From NCBI GenBank assembly GCA_964012435.1, contig CAXGSM010000003.1, forward strand, positions 12,703 to 76,702: DNA of 64,000 bases. The letters are read 5' to 3'. Below are positions 31,011 to 41,181 of this stretch, piece after piece. The stretch is from an uncultured bacterium (GTDB lineage: Bacteria > UBP7 > UBA6624). Position numbers and translations under genes: made by a program. The notes under the pieces are model-generated. The model did not search any database. It saw only the letters and a list, made by a program, of their open reading frames with translations, and was not told the origin of the DNA. Within the stretch, counting starts at the first letter, position 1. The number at the start of each line of letters is the position of its first letter.

Positions 31011-32140
31011 ATTGCTAATTTGCTTTCTGTGTTTTTGAATTGTCTTGGAGGCCTTTTACCGAATGAGCATAACATTTCGTAAGGTATTGTTTTTCCCCAT
31101 TCTGCTAAGTTCATCATAGTTATCTCTTCATGACCTTGTTTTCCAAGCATGGTTACCCTGTCTCCAATTTCTACATCAGGTATATTCGATATGTCAGCAT
31201 AAAGAAAATCCATCGATATGGCTCCAACAACAGGTGCTCTTCTCCCTCTTATTAGCACTTCAGAGTGTCCGGATAAGCTTCGTGTATATCCATCAGCATA
31301 CCCAATCGGAACAATTGCAAGCCTTGTAGGGTTGTTAAATTTGGTTATATTTCCATATCCAAATCCTTCATTTTTTTCTATTGTTTTTCTATCAATTACT
31401 CTTGCATGAACACTCATAACAGGCAAGACTGGTGGAGCATTTTTCAAATCTGTTCCAGTTGGTTTTGATCCATATAAGAGATATCCAATTCGAACAGAAT
31501 CCATATAGTATTCAGGACCTCTCAAGAATGCAGGAGAGTTTGCTATATGCCTTTCACAATCTGGAAATTTTTCCATCCAATCAGATTCTTTTAGTGATTT
31601 TCTAAATTTTTCTAAAGCTTCTAGTGTTGATCTTGAGTCAGTATCTGCAACATGAAAATGAGAAAAAATTCCGGTAGGTTCAAATGGCGTTTCTTTAAAC
31701 TCTTTTGCAAGTTGTTTTAATGCTGCTGGGGGAACACCCAATCTATGCATTCCAGTGTCAATTTTCACATGTATATTGGGTGCAGGGAGGTTTGGGTCTA
31801 GTTGCCTTTCCCATCCTTCAAGATGTTCTGGTCTAAATAAACATTGTGTGATTTTGTATCGTTGAAGCAGTGGGACCCCTTCAGGAATAGTTTCACCTAG
31901 AACTAAAATTTCAATTTTGATTCCATTTTCTCTAAGCTCTATAGCTTCTTCTAGGCTAGCAACACACAAGCCTCGTATTTTTGATTTTTGTATAGCTTTT
32001 GAAACCTCAATGGCTCCATGCCCGTAAGCATCTGCCTTTACAACAGCCCAAATTCCAACATTATTAGCTTGAGATTGCAAGACTCTAAGATTGTGTTTTA
32101 GATTATCAAGATTTATCTCAGACCAAACTCTTCTATACAT
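31007..32140 (-). CDS. alr: Alanine racemase
   Basis: AVVKADAYGHGA PLP-Lys motif. Confidence 0.9.
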   Translation of the reverse strand: MYRRVWSEINLDNLKHNLRVLQSQANNVGIWAVVKADAYGHGAIEVSKAIQKSKIRGLCVASLEEAIELRENGIKIEILVLGETIPEGVPLLQRYKITQCLFRPEHLEGWERQLDPNLPAPNIHVKIDTGMHRLGVPPAALKQLAKEFKETPFEPTGIFSHFHVADTDSRSTLEALEKFRKSLKESDWMEKFPDCERHIANSPAFLRGPEYYMDSVRIGYLLYGSKPTGTDLKNAPPVLPVMSVHARVIDRKTIEKNEGFGYGNITKFNNPTRLAIVPIGYADGYTRSLSGHSEVLIRGRRAPVVGAISMDFLYADISNIPDVEIGDRVTMLGKQGHEEITMMNLAEWGKTIPYEMLCSFGKRPPRQFKNTESKLAI

Positions 32141-33611
32141 TCAATTCCATCCAAGCTAATTTTATAGACTCAGCAATATCTGAAGCAGAAACCGATTGTC
32201 TCGGAATTCCTTTTTCAGATAAGATGCTTCCTGACCTGCCATGTATCCATGCTCCAATAATTGTGGCATGTAAAGGGTTTATCGTTTGGGCAAGAAGCCC
32301 TCCAATCAATCCAGAAAGAACATCACCGCTTCCACCGGTTGCTAAATTTTCATTTCCTGAATCAATAAAAAAAATAGGTTCACTCTTAGATGAAATTAAA
32401 GTTGGAGAGCCTTTTAGGAGTGTTATGGCTTGTGACATTTGCGATATTGTTTTTACAGCTTCAACTCTGTTTGATTCGATTCTTTTTACATCCCCACAAA
32501 GAAGGCTAGCAGCCTCAGAGTGATGGGGAGTGATGATCCTTTCACCGATACTTGAACCTAAACCTTGCAATCTTTTTTCAGGATTTTCTTTTCCTGAGAA
32601 AGCAGTCAATGCATCTGCATCAACAACTGCTGGACAGTTGATTTTTTGAAGCTGGGACTTTATTGTTTTGGCAATTGTTGCATTTCTTCCTAACCCTGGC
32701 CCAATTGTCCAAGCATTCATTTTTCTCACATTGCTAATTGATTCAGTTTCCCTTACTATTTCTGGTGGAACATCTTTAGATTCACCTATCCAATGTACAA
32801 CACCAACGCCACTTCTAAGTGCACCTTCGATAGCAAGCCTTGCTGCACCTGGGTATTTCTTGCTTCCAGCCCAAAGTCCAAGCCTGCCAGCAGTTCCTTT
32901 ATGACCATCATTTGGAAAATCAATTAGCATATTTTTTATTGAGCTTTTATTCGGCATATAGCCCATCGGCTTAAAGTCAAGTTTAGTTGGTATGCCTATG
33001 TATGCAATGCATATTTCACCTGAATATTTTCTTCCAGGGTTTAATAACAGTCCAGGTTTAAGATAAGCAAAAGTTACAGTTAAGTCAGCCTTGAAGGCAA
33101 CACCTTCTTTTGAGCCATCGTCCATATTGATACCACTTGGACTGTCTAGAGCCATTCTTCCTTTGAATGTTGCTTTATTTGCTGCGGATATCCATGCGGA
33201 ATAAGATTCTTTCGGTTTTCCTTTTGTTCCAGTTCCCAAAAGGCAATCAACCACTACACCGTTTTTGTCACCCAGGTTTTCATAATCTTTTTTAGACCAT
33301 TTGACACCTTCTTTTTCAGCAAGCCTCCATTGTATTTTTGCGATTTTCCCTAATTCGTTTTTTTGCCCATAGAGCGTTGCATTGATCCCATGTACTGCTG
33401 CCCATCTTGCCATAACTATTCCATCGGCACCATTATGGCCTTTTCCTATCATTAGATGCATTGGACTGTCATCCCATTTTTCTAGATAAAATTCAAATGC
33501 AGATCTTCCTGCATTTTCCATTAATGTTAAAAGTGGTATATCCTCAACAACGGTTCTTTTATCAAGCTCTCGCATTTGCGTAACGCTAAGAATCGGTAGG
33601 TGAGAAGCCAT
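32133..33611 (-). CDS. nnr: Bifunctional NAD(P)H-hydrate epimerase/dehydratase Nnr (start taken at MASHLPI; the longer ORF to 33767 is probably over-extended)
   Basis: N-terminal YjeF-N (GKGHNGADG) and C-terminal carbohydrate-kinase-like GGSGDVLSG motif. Confidence 0.85.
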   Translation of the reverse strand: MASHLPILSVTQMRELDKRTVVEDIPLLTLMENAGRSAFEFYLEKWDDSPMHLMIGKGHNGADGIVMARWAAVHGINATLYGQKNELGKIAKIQWRLAEKEGVKWSKKDYENLGDKNGVVVDCLLGTGTKGKPKESYSAWISAANKATFKGRMALDSPSGINMDDGSKEGVAFKADLTVTFAYLKPGLLLNPGRKYSGEICIAYIGIPTKLDFKPMGYMPNKSSIKNMLIDFPNDGHKGTAGRLGLWAGSKKYPGAARLAIEGALRSGVGVVHWIGESKDVPPEIVRETESISNVRKMNAWTIGPGLGRNATIAKTIKSQLQKINCPAVVDADALTAFSGKENPEKRLQGLGSSIGERIITPHHSEAASLLCGDVKRIESNRVEAVKTISQMSQAITLLKGSPTLISSKSEPIFFIDSGNENLATGGSGDVLSGLIGGLLAQTINPLHATIIGAWIHGRSGSILSEKGIPRQSVSASDIAESIKLAWMELNV

Positions 33612-33653
33612 ATCTTTAATTTTAGGCACTAATTTGAATCTAGAATCACTAAT

Positions 33654-34418
33654 ATGAGTAAATACAAGACCTTGTTGGTTGAAAAAAAGGAAAAATGGGC
33701 AGAAATAACCATCAATAGGCCTAATGTGCTGAATGCAATAAATGATGATGTTGTAGCTGAGCTGCATGCAGCATTAGACGAATTGAAGGATGATCCAGCG
33801 ATTATGGGGTTGATCATTTCGGGTGCTGGAGATAAAGCTTTTGTTGCTGGCGCTGATATTGAAGCTTTGTTAAAAAGGGGAAGAGAGGATGCGTTAAAGG
33901 GAATCAATCAAAAGCTTTTTCAGAAAGTTGAAGATTTTCCATGGCCTGTAATTGCGGCAATCAAAGGGTATGCACTTGGTGGAGGCTGCGAGTTGACTCT
34001 TGCTTGTGACATAAGAGTGGGAGGCAAGACAACCCAAATGGGGCAACCAGAGGCAAGATTAGGGATAATTGCTGCTGCTGGTGGAACTTACAGGTTGCCA
34101 AGGATTGTTGGCACAGGCATAGCAAGGGAGATGTTTTTTACAGGAAAGATTATTGATGCAGAGGAGGCATACAGGATAGGTTTGTTGAATTGCATTGTTG
34201 AAGATGGTGAGGTTATCGGGAAAGCAAGAGAGATGATGGTTAAGATATCAAAAATGGCACCAGAAGCAATCAGGCTTGGAAAGAAAGCTTTAAACAAAGC
34301 TGCATCACCTTCACATGACCATGGAAAAATTGAAAGTGAATACCAGGCAATACTTTTTGAGTCTGAAGACAAGAAACAGAGAATGACAAGGTTTTTGGAA
34401 AAGAGAAACAATAAATGA
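33654..34418 (+). CDS. Enoyl-CoA hydratase/isomerase (crotonase family)
   Basis: FVAGADI and GYALGGGCELTLACDIR motifs. Confidence 0.9.
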   Translation: MSKYKTLLVEKKEKWAEITINRPNVLNAINDDVVAELHAALDELKDDPAIMGLIISGAGDKAFVAGADIEALLKRGREDALKGINQKLFQKVEDFPWPVIAAIKGYALGGGCELTLACDIRVGGKTTQMGQPEARLGIIAAAGGTYRLPRIVGTGIAREMFFTGKIIDAEEAYRIGLLNCIVEDGEVIGKAREMMVKISKMAPEAIRLGKKALNKAASPSHDHGKIESEYQAILFESEDKKQRMTRFLEKRNNK

Positions 34419-35266
34419 AAGCCATAGATATTCATATACACATGCAACCTAGAGAAATGATGTCTCCAGGAGCACTTGCATTTATCGAAAGTGGAAGGCC
34501 TGATTCTGAAATTGTGAAAAGATGTTTAGATTCACCAAAAGCTCTTGCTGAACATTTGGACAAGGAAAGGATTTCAAAAGTTGGTGTTATTAATTATGTA
34601 GCTCCAGATATTATGGGATTCACTTCAGGCGTTAACCAATGGGCTGCAGAGTATAGATCAGGAGCACCTGACAGAATTATTGCATTTGGGGGAATACATC
34701 CACCTGCTTGCAAAAATGTCAAAGACGAGATGAGGATAATTTTTGAAGATTGTCAACTTGATGCATTAAAGATACATCCTCCCCATCAAGATATGCCTGC
34801 AAATGCATATGCTGATGGGTCTATACCTGAATTGGCAACTGTTTATGAAATGTGTCAAGAATACTCAAAACCTGTTTTGATCCATACTGGTACTAGCACC
34901 TTTCCTGGAGCAAGAAGTAAATGGGGAAATCCGATGGAGATTGATGATATCGCAATTGATTTTCCTGATTTGAAAATTATTATGGCCCATGGAGGAAGGC
35001 CACTATGGATTAATGAAGCCTGGTTTGTTTTTAGAAGGCATAAGAATGTTTATTGGGATCTTTCTTCAATACCTCCAAAGAGAATGCTGGAGTGGTATCC
35101 AAGATTATTTGAACTTGGCAATAAGGTTATATTTGGGACAGATTGGCCAAGCCCTGGCGTTCCCGGAATAAGGAAGAACCTTGATGCTATCTTAAGTTTG
35201 CCCATTTCACAAGAAGACAAGGACAATCTTTCATACAAGTCTGTGCAAGGAGTTTTTGATGATTAG
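34415..35266 (+). CDS. Amidohydrolase-2 family metal-dependent hydrolase/decarboxylase (TIM barrel)
   Basis: N-terminal IDIHIHM metal-binding His pair; HGG and DWP motifs typical of PF04909 members. Confidence 0.65.
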   Translation: MKAIDIHIHMQPREMMSPGALAFIESGRPDSEIVKRCLDSPKALAEHLDKERISKVGVINYVAPDIMGFTSGVNQWAAEYRSGAPDRIIAFGGIHPPACKNVKDEMRIIFEDCQLDALKIHPPHQDMPANAYADGSIPELATVYEMCQEYSKPVLIHTGTSTFPGARSKWGNPMEIDDIAIDFPDLKIIMAHGGRPLWINEAWFVFRRHKNVYWDLSSIPPKRMLEWYPRLFELGNKVIFGTDWPSPGVPGIRKNLDAILSLPISQEDKDNLSYKSVQGVFDD

Positions 35267-36107
35267 TAAAATTACTGTTATAGGTTCAGGGACAATGGGG
35301 AACGGTATTGCACAAGTTTCTGCAATGGCTGGTTTTGAAACATCACTATTTGACATAAGCAAAGAGCAACTTGATATTGCAGAATCGAAGATTAACAAGA
35401 ATCTCGATAAAGGTTTTGAGCTTGGTAAGATTGCTGCAGAAAAAAGAGACAATGCAAAAGGTAACTTGTCTTTTACAGGAGATTTTGAAACAGCTGTAAA
35501 GCATTCAGACCTTATCATTGAAGCTGTCCCAGAAAATATGGAATTGAAGAAACGGATATTCAATGATGCTGAAAAATTCGTTCATGAAGAAACGATCTTC
35601 GCAACAAACACAACAGGTTTATCAATCACTGAAATGGGCAATGCGACGAAAAGGGAAGACAAGGTGATAGGGATGCATTTTTTTAACCCAGTGCACATTA
35701 TGAAACTGATTGAGATTGTGAGGTCCATCTCAACCTCACAAGAAACCTACGAGATTGTTAAAGCGGTTTCAGAAAAAATGGGAAAACAGACAGTTGAGAT
35801 TAATGAAGCTGCAGGATTTGTCACATCAAGAATGAATGCTCTTATAGGGGCTGAGGCATTCCGGATGTGGGAAGAAGGAGTTGCTTCACCTGAAGATATT
35901 GACAAAGCTTTGAAATTGGGTCTTAATCATCCAATGGGGCCGTTTGAGATGATTGACCTTGTCGGCTTAGATGTTAGGTTGGCAAGCATGCAAAATCTTG
36001 AGAAACATCTTGGTCCTGCTTTCAAGCCAAGCAAAAAGCTTGAGGAATTGGTGGAGAAGGGCAGGCTGGGTAGGAAAACCGGAAAAGGTATTTATGATTA
36101 CAAATAG
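35256..36107 (+). CDS. hbd: 3-hydroxyacyl-CoA (3-hydroxybutyryl-CoA) dehydrogenase
   Basis: ITVIGSGTMGNGIAQV NAD motif; C-terminal 3HCDH domain pattern. Confidence 0.9.
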   Translation: MMISKITVIGSGTMGNGIAQVSAMAGFETSLFDISKEQLDIAESKINKNLDKGFELGKIAAEKRDNAKGNLSFTGDFETAVKHSDLIIEAVPENMELKKRIFNDAEKFVHEETIFATNTTGLSITEMGNATKREDKVIGMHFFNPVHIMKLIEIVRSISTSQETYEIVKAVSEKMGKQTVEINEAAGFVTSRMNALIGAEAFRMWEEGVASPEDIDKALKLGLNHPMGPFEMIDLVGLDVRLASMQNLEKHLGPAFKPSKKLEELVEKGRLGRKTGKGIYDYK

Positions 36108-36119
36108 GATCTTTTTCAT

Positions 36120-36335
36120 ATGAGCGGACAGGGTTCAGCAGGAAATACGATTGCTGCTTTGGCGAGTTTTTTTGTGCCAGGATTAGGGCAGTTGATTCAA
36201 GGTCGAGGCTGGGTTGCTTTTTGTCATATTTTTCTTGCTGTAATTATTTATGCTTTTACTCTCGCTCTTCTTGGTTGGGTGGTTCATGTAGCATCATGTC
36301 TTGACGCAGCCAAATGGAAACCGATCGTCAAATGA
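36120..36335 (+). CDS. Hypothetical small two-TM membrane protein
   Basis: 71 aa; overlaps next gene by 22 bp; could be spurious. Confidence 0.3.
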   Translation: MSGQGSAGNTIAALASFFVPGLGQLIQGRGWVAFCHIFLAVIIYAFTLALLGWVVHVASCLDAAKWKPIVK

Positions 36336-36670
36336 ATTCTTTTTCTGAAAGAGATTGTGTTCCTTGTAAAGGCGGTATTCCCCCATTGAAAGGAAAAGAG
36401 CTTTCATCCTTGATGGAAGAGATAAGCGAAGATTGGAACCTAGTTAAAGAGCATCACCTTGAAAGGGAATTCAATTTTCCGAACTTCCAAGAAGCATGGG
36501 GTTATCTGAATAAGGTTGCTGAGATGTCAGAACAACAGGACCATCATCCAGACTTAGAACTTTCCTGGGGCAAGGTTAAAGTCAAAATCTGGACACATAA
36601 GATTGACGGACTGACAGAAAGTGACTTTGTTTTTGCAGCAAAGTGTGATGATTTGTTAGGATTAGAGTAA
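36314..36670 (+). CDS. Pterin-4a-carbinolamine dehydratase (PCD/DCoH family)
   Basis: EQQDHHPDLELSWGKVKVKIWTH matches the conserved [EDKH]-x(3)-H-[HN]-P core. Confidence 0.75.
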   Translation: METDRQMNSFSERDCVPCKGGIPPLKGKELSSLMEEISEDWNLVKEHHLEREFNFPNFQEAWGYLNKVAEMSEQQDHHPDLELSWGKVKVKIWTHKIDGLTESDFVFAAKCDDLLGLE

Positions 36671-36693
36671 ATCCCAAAATAGGAGAAAAGATA

Positions 36694-38232
36694 ATGGCAG
36701 ATTTCAAAATGTTAATAGGTGGAGAATGGAAAGATAATCCAAAATTCAATCCGGAAAAAAGAGCTGGGCCAAGAAACCCTGAAAAAATATTAATACCGGT
36801 TTGGACAGAATCAGAATCAGGAGAAAAATCAGAGATAAAGAATCCAGCGAATGGTTCTATTGCAGGCACTGTACCCAAAGGGACAGTTAAAGATGTTCGT
36901 AAGGCAATTTCAGCTGCAAGTGAAGCTTTTAAAACATGGAAAGAAACAGATGCTGAACATAGAGCTGCAATCATCAACAAGGCGATGGGTTTAGTTAAGG
37001 CAAACATGGCTGAGCTTGCTAACATGCTCTCTGAAGAGCAAGGGAAACCTCCTTTTGAAGCCAATGGTGAAATACACCATTTTGTCCATGGTATGGATTT
37101 TTATGCTGGTCTTGCAAGCAAAATAAGAGGTGCTCAGGTTCCTTTGCCAAGTGCAATGGGTAAGAATGCATATGGGATGGTTATAAAGAGACCTGTTGGT
37201 GTATGTGCAGCAATAGTGCCTTGGAATTTCCCAATAACCTTGCTTGGAACAAAATTAGGACCGGCTCTTATTGCTGGAAACACTGTTGTTGTTAAGCCTG
37301 CGGGAACAACACCATTGACAACATTGAGAATTGCTCAATTATTCATGGAAGCAGGTCTTCCTGCTGGAGTTTTGAATGTTGTTACTGGCCCTGGTAGCAC
37401 TGTAGGGCAAGAGCTTTTAGAAAACCCAATTGTTAGAAGGATAGCTTTTACAGGTGCTTCTGATACTGGTAAAAAAGTAATGGAAGCAGCAGCTCCTGAA
37501 TTCAAAAGAATAACACTTGAACTTGGTGGAAGTGACCCAATGATAGTAATGCCTGATGCAAATCTTAAAGCTGCAGTTCAAGGGTGTCGAATTGGCAGAT
37601 TTTGGAATGCTGGACAAGCTTGTTTGGCTGTTAAAAGATTAATTCTTCATGAAGATATCTATGATGAATTTTTAGAAATGCTTAAGGCTGCAACTGTCAG
37701 TTATATTCCTGGTGATCCAAAGAGCCGTCCAGAAAAAGGCCAATTGAGAATGGGTCCCTTACATACAGCTTTTCAAAGAGAGGAGATAGAAGATCAGCTT
37801 GCTGATGCTGTTTCAAAAGGTGCAAAGGTGATTTGTGGTGGTAAAAGGCCAGAAAATCCTGAACTTAAAGATGGTTATTATTTTGAACCTACTATTGTTG
37901 TGGATGTTCCAAGTGACTGCAAATTGGTTACCGAAGAAGTTTTCGGTCCTGTTTTACCTGTGTTCAAAGTTTCAAGTTTAGATGAAGCCATAAACATGGC
38001 AAACGATACTGAGTGGGGTCTTGGTTCTTCAATATGGACAGCAAGTCTTGCTGATTCACATAAGGCAATAAGAGAGATTGAGGCAGGAGTTACATGGGTA
38101 AACATGTTGCATTATGGTTTTGATGAACTTCCTTTCGGTGGAGTGAAAGCAAGCGGTATAGGTCACGAGCATGGACCTGAAGCTGTTGATTATTACCTTG
38201 AAAACAAAGGTGCCGTAATAGGCGGAATTTAG
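36694..38232 (+). CDS. NAD(P)-dependent aldehyde dehydrogenase
   Basis: ELGGSDP and FWNAGQACLA (catalytic Cys) motifs; GxGxxG region. Confidence 0.9.
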   Translation: MADFKMLIGGEWKDNPKFNPEKRAGPRNPEKILIPVWTESESGEKSEIKNPANGSIAGTVPKGTVKDVRKAISAASEAFKTWKETDAEHRAAIINKAMGLVKANMAELANMLSEEQGKPPFEANGEIHHFVHGMDFYAGLASKIRGAQVPLPSAMGKNAYGMVIKRPVGVCAAIVPWNFPITLLGTKLGPALIAGNTVVVKPAGTTPLTTLRIAQLFMEAGLPAGVLNVVTGPGSTVGQELLENPIVRRIAFTGASDTGKKVMEAAAPEFKRITLELGGSDPMIVMPDANLKAAVQGCRIGRFWNAGQACLAVKRLILHEDIYDEFLEMLKAATVSYIPGDPKSRPEKGQLRMGPLHTAFQREEIEDQLADAVSKGAKVICGGKRPENPELKDGYYFEPTIVVDVPSDCKLVTEEVFGPVLPVFKVSSLDEAINMANDTEWGLGSSIWTASLADSHKAIREIEAGVTWVNMLHYGFDELPFGGVKASGIGHEHGPEAVDYYLENKGAVIGGI

Positions 38233-39830
38233 TTCTTTTTTTCAATAGGGGCACTTAAAGGTATAAGTCCTGCAAGTGTCATTGCAAAAATTAAGGAGAT
38301 GTATGTTCTCATATAGAAACCAATTGCGTCGTAAAGCAATACACCTGTAGGAATCCATATCAAACCTAATGCAACAAGTGCAGGAATTGATGCCAGTAGC
38401 TTTGCTTTGGGACCGCTTATTGTTTTGGTGCCTGTAAGGATCAATCCTGAAATTACAGCAATGAATGATGGGACAAGGAATAGATATATTGCACCCGGAA
38501 GAACAAAGGCCATTAGTATCGAAAGGCCACAGAAAAATCTCCATGTTGTTCCCCAAAGGCCCCAAAATGTTGCTCTTCTTCTTAAGAATTTAAGTATTGG
38601 CCAAAACACCAAACAGGGAATCAAAAAAAGAAGAAATATTGAGGCTGCTGGATCTTTAGGCCACCATCCATAAAGCTGGAAGCTTTCAAAGATATAAACA
38701 TCAAAAGCTATCCCAACCCCAGTTGTTCCAAGGATAAGGCCGGGAAAAGCTAAAGAGCCCCAGCCAAGTTTTTTCCAGGTTAGTGCTTTTAGTCTTCCTA
38801 ACCTCATGAGTACAAAATACAGCAAAACCATTGTGGTTAAAGATAGAGCTATATTGTTTTTTTCTGGCCAGCTAAAGAAAAATTTACCTATTAGGTCAAA
38901 GTAAACATTATTTGAATCATGTTGAATTTTTGAAAGGTCTTTTTTCTGTAAAGCATCAAGAATCTGGAGTACGTTTTGGCCCTGATGTTGAAGGGTGTCA
39001 AAATTTAGATTTTCTATATTGTCATTTTCAGTATGGTAGTTTTGAGCGTTACCTATGAATGCAAAATTAAAGCCCTTTAGTCCGTATTCTTTGTATATTA
39101 AAAAGTCAGTTCCATTTGGAAGCCTTTTGTATATTTCATAAAAAATTGATGATGATCTCGGATGCGTTACTGAAGAGCCATAAATTTCAATAAGGTTTGA
39201 ACTGTTTTCACTTGTTTCAAACATGAGGCTTGGCCCACTTGTTCCTCTTGCTTCCATATTTATCACATACTCAATCTCTTTTGCCCAAGGATGTCCATCC
39301 ATAAATGCTTTTGATCCAAGTAATCCCACCTCCTCCCCATCATTGAACATGATTATGAGATCGTGATTAAGCTGCTTACCGCCTTCTGAAAATATTCTTA
39401 TGATTTCAAATGTTGCAGCTACAGCATGCATGTCATCTGCTGCTCCAGGAGCTTCTCTGACAGAGTCATAATGTGATGAAAGCAATATTTTTGGACCGTT
39501 AGAATTTTTGCCATTTATTTTTGTGATTACATTGAAAAGAGTTTCTTTTTTTCCTTTTATCGTGGCTTCAAAACTTTGTATTTCAGGCTCAAGACCAATA
39601 TCAATAATTTTTTCAATAATTAAATCTCTTATCCTCTCGTTCTCTTTTGATCCGGAAGGGTGCGGTCTTTCATTCTCCAGTAAGTCAAGAAGGGTCAACG
39701 AGGCTCTTGCGGATGAAAATTCACCTAATGGTGCCCCTAAGTTTTTTGCCTTTGGTGGAAAATAAGAGAAAAAAGAGATGATGAAAATCAAAAAAAGAAC
39801 TTTGAGGCCGAATAGGAAATGTTTTGGCAT
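38229..39830 (-). CDS. M28-family zinc aminopeptidase fused to C-terminal polytopic membrane domain (ERMP1/FXNA-like architecture)
   Basis: SHYDSV, ADDMHAVAA, FNDGEEVGLLGS zinc-ligand motifs; C-terminal about 200 aa hydrophobic. Confidence 0.8.
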   Translation of the reverse strand: MPKHFLFGLKVLFLIFIISFFSYFPPKAKNLGAPLGEFSSARASLTLLDLLENERPHPSGSKENERIRDLIIEKIIDIGLEPEIQSFEATIKGKKETLFNVITKINGKNSNGPKILLSSHYDSVREAPGAADDMHAVAATFEIIRIFSEGGKQLNHDLIIMFNDGEEVGLLGSKAFMDGHPWAKEIEYVINMEARGTSGPSLMFETSENSSNLIEIYGSSVTHPRSSSIFYEIYKRLPNGTDFLIYKEYGLKGFNFAFIGNAQNYHTENDNIENLNFDTLQHQGQNVLQILDALQKKDLSKIQHDSNNVYFDLIGKFFFSWPEKNNIALSLTTMVLLYFVLMRLGRLKALTWKKLGWGSLAFPGLILGTTGVGIAFDVYIFESFQLYGWWPKDPAASIFLLFLIPCLVFWPILKFLRRRATFWGLWGTTWRFFCGLSILMAFVLPGAIYLFLVPSFIAVISGLILTGTKTISGPKAKLLASIPALVALGLIWIPTGVLLYDAIGFYMRTYISLIFAMTLAGLIPLSAPIEKKN

Positions 39831-39858
39831 TGATAAAATCCTAACGAGGATTTAGACT

Positions 39859-40320
39859 TTGCTCATGTCGTTTTTTATACATCATGTATCGAAAAGATAT
39901 GAACTCTGGGTTCCGGAAAAAATAGATAAGGTTTTTTCCTTTTTCTCAAATGCCAGAAATCTTGAAAAAATTACTCCATCTTTCCTTGAATTCAAAGTTT
40001 TAAACAAAGGCGATATAGAAATGAAAGAAGGTCTTTTGATTGATTACAAGCTTAAGCTCCATGGAATACCTTTTAGATGGCAGAGTGAAATAACAAAATG
40101 GGAACCAATATCTTCTTTTGAGGATTGCCAAAGAAAGGGACCTTATGTTTATTGGGACCATTTACATTCTTTCGAAGAGAAAGACGGGGGCACATTGGTA
40201 GTTGATTCAATCAAATTTGCTGTTCCAGGCGGTTCTCTGGCTTATAAGATGTTTGTAGAAAAAGATGTTGAGAAGATATTTCAATTTAGAACTAAAAAAT
40301 TACAAAAATTTTTCGGTTAA
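39859..40320 (+). CDS. SRPBCC-superfamily (polyketide cyclase/START-like) protein
   Basis: Size and alternating beta-pattern; weak motif match only. Confidence 0.45.
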   Translation: MLMSFFIHHVSKRYELWVPEKIDKVFSFFSNARNLEKITPSFLEFKVLNKGDIEMKEGLLIDYKLKLHGIPFRWQSEITKWEPISSFEDCQRKGPYVYWDHLHSFEEKDGGTLVVDSIKFAVPGGSLAYKMFVEKDVEKIFQFRTKKLQKFFG

Positions 40321-40395
40321 TTTTTATATATAACAGAGTTAGGATATACATTTAGATAGTATTTAAATTAATAAAATATAACAAGGAAGGTAATT

Positions 40396-41181
40396 ATGGA
40401 AAAAAGAGTACATTTTGATAAAGACGGTTCGGTGGGTTTCATTATTCTTGATGATGGCAAGGTCAATTCTTACGACATCGACACAATGAAGCAATTGAAT
40501 ACGGTTATTGACCAAAACATTAATGATGAAGAGATTAAAGTTGTAATCATGAAAAGCGGTAGCGCAAAACTTTTTAGCGCCGGTGCAAACATAAAGAAGT
40601 TTATTGAGAATCTAGATGATCTTGAAGCTAATCTTGACATGATTAATTACGCACATAAAACTTTATCAAAAATGGCTGATTCTGGCAAGATTTTTGTGGC
40701 AATGATCAATGGCGGCGCTTTTGGTGGCGGTCTTGAAATGACTCTTGCTTGTGATTTTAGATTCGCTGCTGAAGGAGAATACAGAATGGGATTACCTGAG
40801 GTTACTTTAGGGCTTTTGCCAGGTAATGGAGGTACTGTAAGGTTACCAAGATTGATTGGATGCCAAAAAGCTTTAGACATGATGGTAACTGGTAGAGTTG
40901 TTAATCCTCAGACTGCACTTGAATACGGAATTGTTGATAAACTTTTTCCGATTGATAAGCTTGAAGAAGAAACGATTAAATGGGCAAAGAGAGTTTCTTC
41001 ACAGGCTTCCATGGCAATTGCACATATAAAAAATAGCGTCTATCAAGGTTTAAATATGTCATTAAGTGATGCTCTTTCAAATGAAAGAGAGCACATGAGA
41101 CCTCTTTTTGGAAGCCATGATGCAAAAGAAGGTTTAACAGCCTTTGTTGAAAAGAGAAGAGCTGATTTCAAGGGGGAGTAA
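40396..41181 (+). CDS. Enoyl-CoA hydratase/isomerase (crotonase family)
   Basis: LFSAGANI and GGAFGGGLEMTLACDFR motifs. Confidence 0.88.
   Translation: MEKRVHFDKDGSVGFIILDDGKVNSYDIDTMKQLNTVIDQNINDEEIKVVIMKSGSAKLFSAGANIKKFIENLDDLEANLDMINYAHKTLSKMADSGKIFVAMINGGAFGGGLEMTLACDFRFAAEGEYRMGLPEVTLGLLPGNGGTVRLPRLIGCQKALDMMVTGRVVNPQTALEYGIVDKLFPIDKLEEETIKWAKRVSSQASMAIAHIKNSVYQGLNMSLSDALSNEREHMRPLFGSHDAKEGLTAFVEKRRADFKGE

Noticed and set aside
33612-33767. Upstream 52 codons of the long nnr ORF (MQLSYNIIIYCIQ...)
   Set aside because: Hydrophobic junk with no homology; conserved Nnr N-terminus begins at MASHLPI (33611). The longer form would also overlap the divergent crotonase start; the shorter start was used.
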